Source of the DNA: Fibrobacterota bacterium
GTDB lineage: Bacteria > Fibrobacterota > Fibrobacteria > UBA11236
DNA length: 24,665 nucleotides
NCBI GenBank assembly: GCA_043753995.1
Contig: JAYUVP010000267.1
Location: forward strand, 1 to 24,665
Direction of reading: 5' to 3'
The position numbers and the translations under genes are program-made. Shown here in pieces: positions 17,568 through 24,665 of the stretch. The notes under the pieces were generated by a model that did not search any database, was not told the DNA's origin, and saw only the letters and a list, made by a program, of their open reading frames with translations. Numbering within the stretch: the first letter of the stretch is position 1; each line of letters begins with the position of its first letter.

Positions 17568-17626
17568 ATTGGGCTCATCTCAATAGTACAAGGGGGGTGG
17601 CCTTCTTATCAAGACTTGGTCTCAAT
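17568..17626 (-). promoter_or_regulatory. feoAB promoter with overlapping Fur-like imperfect palindromes
   Basis: Minus strand TTGATA (17612-17607) - 18 nt - TACTAT (17588-17583). ATTGAGACCAAGTCTTGAT (17626-17608) overlaps the -35 and ATTGAGATGAGCCCAAT (17584-17568) overlaps the -10/start region. Confidence 0.5.
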
Positions 17627-17790
17627 CTAAAAATCGTCAACTTGGCAATCCGGCATTTATTGCCCTAAAGCGCCTCAAAGAGCGGCAGGATTTGCTGGAG
17701 GTGTTGGCGAAATATGCGAGTCTCAGTCCGAACCTCACGATTTCCTTGAGAAAATGCCTTCAGAAGCCCATTCAGGTGGTCGATACGCAA

Positions 17791-17807
17791 TTGGTACCGA
17801 ACTTGCA
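17791..17807 (+). promoter_or_regulatory. Sigma54 (-24/-12) promoter for the MerR-HTH/glycosyltransferase operon
   Basis: TTGGTACCGAACTTGCA against the consensus YTGGCACGNNNNTTGCW, with exact GG-N10-GC spacing and two mismatches. The predicted start near 17818 precedes AGGAG (17831-17835) and ATG 17842. Confidence 0.7.
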
Positions 17808-17841
17808 TTAGAGCCTCTCGCCAATCTGGAAGGAGTTCCAC

Positions 17842-18240
17842 ATGCTGTCGGAAACCTTGGTTATGGAAGAAGAAATCAACAAGGATGATCACCTCGTGAG
17901 CATTCGCGATGCGGCCCGTATTATCGGCGTGCCGCCCCACACCATTCGCTATTGGGAAAAGGAGTTCTCGGAATTCCTGCATCCGCCGCGGACCTTGGGC
18001 AAGCAGCGCCGGTATGGCGACTTGCACTTGGAGCGGCTCAAGGTGATTTTCCAATTGCTCAAGGAACAGGGATATTCGATAGCGGGGGCCCGACGTGCCT
18101 TGACGCATCGCCCGGCTTCGATTCCCGCCACTCCTGCCGCTCCGCAACCGAATCTTCAAGGCACCACGCTCGAACATTTCAGTTCGGAAATGGCCGAGAA
18201 AATAATGGCCTTGGTGCGCAATGAACTGAACTACGCATGA
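17842..18240 (+). CDS. MerR-family helix-turn-helix protein with no obvious effector domain
   Basis: SIRDAARIIGVPPHTIRYWEKEF..P.RT.GKQRRY..LLKEQGYSIAGA, then a Pro/Ala linker and one short C-terminal helix. Strong RBS. Confidence 0.88.
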   Translation: MLSETLVMEEEINKDDHLVSIRDAARIIGVPPHTIRYWEKEFSEFLHPPRTLGKQRRYGDLHLERLKVIFQLLKEQGYSIAGARRALTHRPASIPATPAAPQPNLQGTTLEHFSSEMAEKIMALVRNELNYA

Positions 18241-21200
18241 CACCCCGTTACTCGATTATCGTCGTCAGCTACAATAGCTTGGCCCATTTGCAGGCCACCT
18301 TGGAGGCCGCGCGCCTATGCCTTGCGGCGGAACCCGGCGGCGCGGATTGCGGCGAAATCGTGGTGGTGGACAATGCTTCGCGAGACGGTACGGGAGCATG
18401 GCTCAAGGCGCAGCCTTGGCTCAAGGCCATACTCAATACCGACAATCGCGGATTCTCGGCAGCTTGCAATCAGGGAGCAGCCGAATCGAGAGGCGAGTTC
18501 TTGTTGTTTCTCAATCCCGACACCTGGGCCACTCCTGGATGCTTGGGTCGCATGGCGAAGCAAATGGGAGAGCTCCAAGTTGGAGCCGTGGGTCCCCTCA
18601 GTAATTATGTGGCGGGCTTGCAACGTATCGATGCGCACTGGCCTGGGGAAGCGGGATCATTGGAATCTCTGCCTGGCCTGAATGCCCGTGGCAAGGCCGA
18701 ATCGATTGCGAGTGGGCTGGCGCATTATCGACATGGCCAAGGTGTGGACACCCGATTGCTCATCGGCTTTTGCCTCATGATGCGTCGTGATCTATATCGC
18801 AATATGGGCGGTATGGACGAGGATTTGTTCCTGGGCAATGACGATTTGGATTTGTCTTGGCGCCTGAGGGAAAAAGGCTTCCGTCTGCGCGTGGCTGTCG
18901 ATGCCTTCGTGTGGCATGAAGGCCAGAAAAGCTTTCAGACCGAGCCTAAGGAAAAAATGAATAGGCTGGTGCAAGAAAGCACCGATGCCCTATATCGAAA
19001 ACTGGTGCGCCATTATGGTTCACCCGGCGCCGTGCCCTCACCCATGAGTTTGTGGGGCATGGATTGGTTCAAGCCGAGTGCTGCGGCTGTGGAGGCTATT
19101 ATGAAATCATCCCCTCAAACTCTTATCGCTTCAACGCCATCCGTGGCCGAGATGTCGTCTTCCTCATTTTTGGCTGACGTCACCTTGGTAATACCCATGC
19201 CTGCGGGGGAAGGGGGAGAAGAGGCGCTGCGCGCAAGTTTGGATGTCCTGCCCGAGGAATTGGGAGAAGTGATACTTCTGGATACTCGTATTACCGCCGC
19301 AGCCTTACCCGACAACAGGAAAAACGTACGCCGCTTAGATGTTGGCTCCGACATGCCCTTGGGCCTAGCCATGCGCTTGGTGTCACGCGCCGCGCAAAAG
19401 CCCTATTTGCTCTGCCTGCCCGCCGGACTGCAATTGACCGCCTTGTTTTCCCATTGGCTGGCGCGTCGCTATCCTCAAGACTTGCCCAGCATTATGCCAT
19501 TGCGCATTTCCGAAGCCGAAGGTCCGTGGTCTGGAAAATTCAACCCATGGCTGATACAGCGGGAAACCTGGTTGCGCGAACCTCCTTCACCTGACGCCGA
19601 CTGGCAAGGTGTAGGCGAAGATTTGAAATCGCGAGCCGCCAAATTCACCCAACCTCAAGACGCGCCGTGGTTGGGATGCACCCGCGAAGCCCGTAACCTG
19701 TGGATAACGCCGCCGAAAGTGGAAACAACCTCCCCTGGACAAGATTGGTCGCCTGTGGCAGGGGATCCACGCATTTCCTTTTATCCCGAATCTTTGCAGT
19801 CTCGTTTGAGGGATGCGAACCAAGCTGTTTTTGTGGGCACGGCGACGGGAGCGGTGAATCCTCGCGGACCGCTTTGCGGTGTGGACATGAATGGCAAGAC
19901 CGTCGATTTGCGCGGGCAAGACTTGGTGATTTTACGCCTGACGCCTGACATGATTCCCGATTTGGCCGATAGGCTCAGGCATTTACGCCGATGCGCACCA
20001 GAATTACGTCGTCTCGTGACGCTATTCAACGGGCAACAAGCTTTGAAGGTGAAGGGCGATGAAAAGGGCTGGCATGTCCCTATTGATTTAACCGAAGCCG
20101 GCATCACTACGGCTTTGCGGCTTGCCGGTTTTTCGGTGCTGGAAACCAAACCTTATCGCGGCTTTCCCGATCCTCAAATTCCCGGGGGCACCTTGCAGGG
20201 CTGGCATCAAATCGAAGCCGAACCTCGACGTCCAATCACGGTCTTGGCGCGCAAGGTTTCCATCGTGATTCTTGGTTTTAATCAGATGGATTACACGCGC
20301 AAGTGCATTGAATCGATACGCAAGCACACTCGCCAGAAATACGAATTGGTGCTTGTGGACAATGGCAGTCAGGACGGAACCTGGGACTTATTTCGATCCA
20401 TCCCGGGCGCTAAGGCCGTCCGCAATGCCAGCAATCTCGGTGTGGCCGCGGGCTGGAATCGTGGCTTGCACGAATGCGATGGGGACTATATCTGCATTCT
20501 GAATAATGACACCTTGGTGGGAGAGAATTGGCTAGAAAACATGATTCGCCTGTGCGAAAGCGACACCCGCATCGGCATGGTTGGGCCCCGCAGTAATCGC
20601 GTCGCAGGCCCTCAAATGGTGGGGTCGGTGGCCTATCGGCAAGAATCCGAAATCGCTGATTACATCGCCACTTGGAATAGCAGTCACGATTTGCAAAGTG
20701 AAGACCACGATTGGGTCAAGGGAGTATGCATGGTCATGCCGAAGAGCGTGGTGGATCAGGTGGGATATTTCGACGAAAGATTCGGCAAGGGCAATTTCGA
20801 GGATGATGACTATTGTCTTAGAGTCCGCCTTCACGGTTTTCGCACTTGCGTGGCGCACGACAGTTTTCTGCATCACTTTGGCAGTGTTTCGTTCAACCAG
20901 GAAGGAATTGACTGGACTGCGCAAATGCGCAAGAACCAGGTGATTTTTGAAACCAAATGGGCGCGTGGTCGGGAGGCATTGAACGATGTTGTGGTTGAAA
21001 CCAAGGATGCGCCAGTCACGAAAGACGAAATGTCCGTAAGGATGGCGCTCGTCCTTTCCGCATATGAAAGCGGTGATTTGATGAAGGCCCGGCACAGCCT
21101 TCTGGAGGCGGCCGCACTTGATAGCGAGCATCCTGAGGTGTTGAATGCCATGGGCATTTTTTGTTTTCACGACGGAGAACCCAGGGAGGCCGCGCTGTGC

Positions 21201-22481
21201 TTTCTGCGCGCCCTGATCAAGACTCCGGCCCACGAAGATGCCGCGCGAAATTTGATCGATGCCTTGAATGCCTTGAATGGCGAAGTGAGCTCGGCGGAAA
21301 TGACGGCCTTTCATCGCCGCTTTCCCAATAATCCAATTTTTGTCGGCGTCGAAGCCGCACCGGATTGGCGTCGCGATGTGGAAGGCCTGATTGCCATTCG
21401 CGATTTTCATGCGGCCATCACCCAGGTGAGTGGCCATATGCAGGAAGCCCTGCATAAATCCGCTTGCTTCAATTTTCTCGGAATTATCGCCCATGAATTG
21501 GATCAAGCCGAAGAGGCTATCGGGCATTTCCGACGCGCCTTGGGAGAGTCACCGGTGGAAAAAGACGCCGTGCTCAATCTCGTCGAAGCCTTGCTATCCG
21601 TTGAAAACCTGACCGAGGCGCAAGCCGTTTTGAAAAATGGAATGGCGGGAAAATATCCGGGGCTTGAGGGTTCCGATTATGGCTTGGTGTATTTACAAAT
21701 TCGAAAGGCAGCAGAAAAAACAAAGCCCGACATCATCGCCCTGGTGGGTGACATGGAAGCAGGGGAAAAGTCCGAGCGATTGCTGGAATCGGGGCAACCC
21801 GAAGCCGCACGTGCCTTTTTGTTGGAACATGTCAAGCTTTCCCCTGAGGACTTTCGGGCGCATAATAATCTTGGCCTTTGTGCTTACTATGCTGGCCAAA
21901 CCGAGTCCGCCTTGGCCGCTTTCGAACAGGCCATGCGTTGCGAACCAGGTTTCGGAGATGCTCTCATCAATGCCTGCGATTGCGCCATCACTCTTGGAAA
22001 GGTTGAAGGCATACCCGAATGGGTGAGGCGGGCCTTGACGCGAGACCCTGCCTTACCAGAAGGCAAGCGTATGGAAAAGCTCTGGCTGCGCGAAGGTGAG
22101 AATTTGTGTCAAGGCGGATCCTTAGCCGAAGTGGAGACCTTGCAGACCTTGGTAGAACAGGCGGAAGCAAAGTTGCGCGAGGGAAATGTCGCGGGTGCAA
22201 AACGCTTATATGAAGAAGTTTTATCGCGCCGCGCCCTGCATGCCCAGGCCATGAATGGCTTAGGCATTATCGCCTTTCAGGAACAGAGCTATGAAGTGGC
22301 GTATCGACGTTTCCAAGAAGCGGTGCGTTTGAATCCTTCCGATCAGGACGCCTTGATCAATTTATGGGAGTCGGCACGGGCACAACGCCGCGAGGACGAG
22401 GCTTTGGGATTATTGCGCCATTCCCTGGACCGTTATCCCGGCTTAACGGAAGTACGCGCCATTGTCTCTTCTGTCGCCTGA
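18237..22481 (+). CDS. Multidomain glycosyltransferase: two GT2 domains plus C-terminal TPR repeats
   Basis: First GT2 domain: SIIVVSYN, VVDNASRDGT, NRGFSAACNQG, FLNPD, DDLDLSWR. Second: VSIVILGFN, LVDNGSQDGT, LNNDT, GNFEDDDYCLR. TPR signatures VLNAMG, FNFLG, AHNNLG and AMNGLG. ATGA overlap with the MerR gene. Confidence 0.9.
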   Translation: MTPRYSIIVVSYNSLAHLQATLEAARLCLAAEPGGADCGEIVVVDNASRDGTGAWLKAQPWLKAILNTDNRGFSAACNQGAAESRGEFLLFLNPDTWATPGCLGRMAKQMGELQVGAVGPLSNYVAGLQRIDAHWPGEAGSLESLPGLNARGKAESIASGLAHYRHGQGVDTRLLIGFCLMMRRDLYRNMGGMDEDLFLGNDDLDLSWRLREKGFRLRVAVDAFVWHEGQKSFQTEPKEKMNRLVQESTDALYRKLVRHYGSPGAVPSPMSLWGMDWFKPSAAAVEAIMKSSPQTLIASTPSVAEMSSSSFLADVTLVIPMPAGEGGEEALRASLDVLPEELGEVILLDTRITAAALPDNRKNVRRLDVGSDMPLGLAMRLVSRAAQKPYLLCLPAGLQLTALFSHWLARRYPQDLPSIMPLRISEAEGPWSGKFNPWLIQRETWLREPPSPDADWQGVGEDLKSRAAKFTQPQDAPWLGCTREARNLWITPPKVETTSPGQDWSPVAGDPRISFYPESLQSRLRDANQAVFVGTATGAVNPRGPLCGVDMNGKTVDLRGQDLVILRLTPDMIPDLADRLRHLRRCAPELRRLVTLFNGQQALKVKGDEKGWHVPIDLTEAGITTALRLAGFSVLETKPYRGFPDPQIPGGTLQGWHQIEAEPRRPITVLARKVSIVILGFNQMDYTRKCIESIRKHTRQKYELVLVDNGSQDGTWDLFRSIPGAKAVRNASNLGVAAGWNRGLHECDGDYICILNNDTLVGENWLENMIRLCESDTRIGMVGPRSNRVAGPQMVGSVAYRQESEIADYIATWNSSHDLQSEDHDWVKGVCMVMPKSVVDQVGYFDERFGKGNFEDDDYCLRVRLHGFRTCVAHDSFLHHFGSVSFNQEGIDWTAQMRKNQVIFETKWARGREALNDVVVETKDAPVTKDEMSVRMALVLSAYESGDLMKARHSLLEAAALDSEHPEVLNAMGIFCFHDGEPREAALCFLRALIKTPAHEDAARNLIDALNALNGEVSSAEMTAFHRRFPNNPIFVGVEAAPDWRRDVEGLIAIRDFHAAITQVSGHMQEALHKSACFNFLGIIAHELDQAEEAIGHFRRALGESPVEKDAVLNLVEALLSVENLTEAQAVLKNGMAGKYPGLEGSDYGLVYLQIRKAAEKTKPDIIALVGDMEAGEKSERLLESGQPEAARAFLLEHVKLSPEDFRAHNNLGLCAYYAGQTESALAAFEQAMRCEPGFGDALINACDCAITLGKVEGIPEWVRRALTRDPALPEGKRMEKLWLREGENLCQGGSLAEVETLQTLVEQAEAKLREGNVAGAKRLYEEVLSRRALHAQAMNGLGIIAFQEQSYEVAYRRFQEAVRLNPSDQDALINLWESARAQRREDEALGLLRHSLDRYPGLTEVRAIVSSVA

Positions 22482-22502
22482 CGGATTATTGGGATCAAGG
22501 CC

Positions 22503-24044
22503 ATGCTCGATCTTTCCGTCTGCCTCATTCTAAAGGATGAAGCTAAGCGGCTACCGGGTTTATTGGCCTGTCTTCCCCTGGCCGACATCGAAGTGGTGGC
22601 GGCAGATACAGGATCTTCAGACGCCACGCCGGATATCCTGCGGCAAAGCGGAATTGAACCCTTGCGCGTGCCCTGGGAAAACGATTTCGCGGCAGCTCGT
22701 AATCACACTCTTAGGCTTGCAACTCGTTCATTCATCCTTTGGCTCGATGCTGACGATCGTGTGGCGCCTGGATTTTGGAAAGACCTTGATGCCTTGATAC
22801 AGTTCGGTCGCCAAGCCCATCGATTGACGGTGCGCTGTCCGCGTGACGATGGTTCCTGTGAGTCATTCAAACAGATTCGCCTCTTTCCAAATCATCATGA
22901 CGTGCGTTTTGAAGGCCGTGTGCATGAGCAATTGGGAACTTCCCTAGGAAGAATGGGTTTATCGATAGTCGATTCGCCTCCTGAAATCATTCATCAAGGC
23001 TATGCCGATGTCGATGAGCGTTTAAAAAAAAGAAAGCGCAATCTGGAATTGTTGCGTTTGGAATGGCGGGATTATCCGAAAGACTCCGCCGTGGTCTTGC
23101 AATACGGTAATGCCCTTTGCCAAAACGGGTTGCCCGGCGAAGGTCGGCAAGCTTTTTTGTCCCTTCTCGATTTTCACCATCCCGAAGCGGCGGGGAATGC
23201 TCCGGCGGATGAGCGGTTACGACATTATCCCGCCTTGATTGCCGAAAGCTATGAAATTGAAAATCAAATCCCCTCGGCGCTAGCATGGCATCGCTTATCC
23301 TGGCGCTGGTGCCCCAGTTATTTGCGTAGCGCCTATCGATTAGCGCGTCACGATTTGGAAAACAGTGCCCCCCTTGCGGGCCTTTCCCTGTTGAGGGAAT
23401 TAGTGAATTCCGTGCCCCGCCTCGGCTTGGTGGCTTGCGACAATGAAGGCGTGCGACGCAATGCCTTGGCCTTGGCCTTTCTCATGGCCACCTCGCGCCT
23501 CGGATCCGGGTGGGCCTTGCCCGGCGAGGCAGAAGCCTGGTTGCGCGAGCTTTTGCATTCCGGTCGCCCCCCATTAGATCCACGTTCCGTCATTGACTTT
23601 TTGGTCAAGCGCTGCGACTGGGAAGCTTTAGAGCCCTTTCTTTTGCAATTGCGCCCCGATCAGGCGGAAGATATTCTTGGGCTCGAAGACGGCGCCGAAG
23701 CCTTATTGATGGACGGGCAGGGTCTAGTCCTGGATCGAGTGCTTGCCGCCTTGTCTGAGTCCACCTATACCCCCGTTTTATTGGCCTTTGCTGCCATGCG
23801 CCAGGAAGCAAGAGACCATGGCCAACCTCAAAATGCTTTTGCCCAATTCCTTTCGGCCTTGAACAAGCACCCCGAAGATCCCACCCTCGTCGGTCAATTT
23901 TGCGCCTTAGTAAACCGCCATCACATGCATGATGAGGCCTACTCCGCCTTATCTTGCTTTCCTCAGCGGGGGCCGATTTTGGAGGATGTGATCCTGCAAT
24001 TGCAACGCCTAAGCCAAAGGCCTTTGGCCTCGCGGAGCGGATAA
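22503..24044 (+). CDS. GT2 glycosyltransferase (SunS/GmaR/flagellin-GT-like) with a helical, TPR-like C-terminal region
   Basis: LSVCLILKDE, DTGSSDAT, WENDFAAARN, WLDADD, FEGRVHE, IIHQGY and RNLELL. AAGG RBS. Confidence 0.85.
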   Translation: MLDLSVCLILKDEAKRLPGLLACLPLADIEVVAADTGSSDATPDILRQSGIEPLRVPWENDFAAARNHTLRLATRSFILWLDADDRVAPGFWKDLDALIQFGRQAHRLTVRCPRDDGSCESFKQIRLFPNHHDVRFEGRVHEQLGTSLGRMGLSIVDSPPEIIHQGYADVDERLKKRKRNLELLRLEWRDYPKDSAVVLQYGNALCQNGLPGEGRQAFLSLLDFHHPEAAGNAPADERLRHYPALIAESYEIENQIPSALAWHRLSWRWCPSYLRSAYRLARHDLENSAPLAGLSLLRELVNSVPRLGLVACDNEGVRRNALALAFLMATSRLGSGWALPGEAEAWLRELLHSGRPPLDPRSVIDFLVKRCDWEALEPFLLQLRPDQAEDILGLEDGAEALLMDGQGLVLDRVLAALSESTYTPVLLAFAAMRQEARDHGQPQNAFAQFLSALNKHPEDPTLVGQFCALVNRHHMHDEAYSALSCFPQRGPILEDVILQLQRLSQRPLASRSG

Positions 24045-24665
24045 ATGCCAAGACTGCAGGTAGAGCTCAAGGAAAATCCGGTTTGGCAAAGTCTCACGCC
24101 CCCCAGAGGCAAAGACATGCACCAATGGACCGGACGGATTAAGGCGCCAATTCAAATAGCGGCCAAGCCCGGCAGCTTGACGGTCGTCATGATAGTGAAA
24201 AATGAGGCGGCGAATATCCGCGAGGCCATTGCCAGCTTTCTTCCCATCGCTGATGAAATCGTAGTGAATGATACAGGTAGCACCGATGGTACCCAAGACA
24301 TCCTGGAGGAATTGGGTGTCAAATGGTTTCAAGGGGATTGGCGCAATGATTTCAGTTATGCCCGCAATTTAGCCCTGGATCAAGCCACCTCCTCCTGGCT
24401 ATTGTGGATGGATGCCGATGATCGCATCCCGGAAGATCAAATTGAAAATTTCCGGAAATTGAAAACAGCGCCGCTCGATCGCGCTTTCGGTTTTCAGGTC
24501 ATCAATACCCAAGGCGGTTTGCCCATCGGTGGGCGCTTCATGCAAGTGCGCATGTTTCCCAATCATCCCCAATTGCGATTCCGCTATCGCATTCACGAGC
24601 AAATTCTGCATGCCGTCGCCGGCCTCGGCCTGCATCTTTTTTACACCGAAACCACCTTGCATCAT
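24045..24665 (+). CDS. GT2 glycosyltransferase, partial (runs off the window; not in the supplied ORF track)
   Basis: Manual translation from ATG 24045, immediately after the previous TAA and with GGAG at 24034-24037, is open to the window end: MPRLQVELK...LTVVMIVKNE...NDTGSTDGT...WRNDFSYARN...WMDADD...RIHEQ. ATG 24117 is an alternative start. Confidence 0.88.
   Translation, partial: MPRLQVELKENPVWQSLTPPRGKDMHQWTGRIKAPIQIAAKPGSLTVVMIVKNEAANIREAIASFLPIADEIVVNDTGSTDGTQDILEELGVKWFQGDWRNDFSYARNLALDQATSSWLLWMDADDRIPEDQIENFRKLKTAPLDRAFGFQVINTQGGLPIGGRFMQVRMFPNHPQLRFRYRIHEQILHAVAGLGLHLFYTETTLHH

Noticed and set aside
17642..17663. TGGCA/TTGC as a second sigma54 promoter
   Set aside because: The GG-to-GC spacing is not 10 nt in any register; kept only as a possible enhancer palindrome.
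17665..18243. 192-aa minus-strand ORF opposite the MerR gene
   Set aside because: The + strand has an RBS, a sigma54 site and a clear HTH; this frame has none of these.
20532..21527. 331-aa minus-strand ORF inside the giant glycosyltransferase
   Set aside because: It lies wholly antisense to a well-supported GT2/TPR coding region and has no recognisable motifs.
2400..24040. Frequent GCCTTG(G) hexamer/heptamer across the window
   Set aside because: It is explained by Ala-Leu (GCC TTG) codon pairs in coding frames; there is no evidence of a dispersed repeat family.

Overview
A gene-dense bacterial chromosomal window from a diderm. A Fibrobacterota/FCB-like organism is a tentative inference from the basic T9SS-like C-terminal tail on the first gene. 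The + strand carries a secreted PL9-like beta-helix lyase, a clade-2 chlorite dismutase, then lysS-lolE/C-lolD-mcsA-like-mcsB-like-clpC-(terminator)-bamA-skp-lpxD and a secreted beta-carbonic anhydrase. feoAB lies on the - strand. A divergent, probably sigma54-driven operon follows, with a MerR-type HTH gene and three GT2/TPR glycosyltransferases (the last is truncated by the window edge and absent from the ORF track). Three things stand out. (1) An intact but apparently catalytically dead McsB and a half-size McsA, with no ctsR, are coupled to lolD and lie upstream of a ClpC that keeps both phosphoarginine pockets. (2) A 177-bp element bounded by inverted heptamer-repeat arrays fills the lysS-lolE gap exactly from stop codon to start codon. 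(3) The sigma54/MerR/GT2-TPR locus includes a 1414-aa protein with apparently degenerate internal GT and methyltransferase-like domains. All calls come from reading motifs by eye; no database searches were run.
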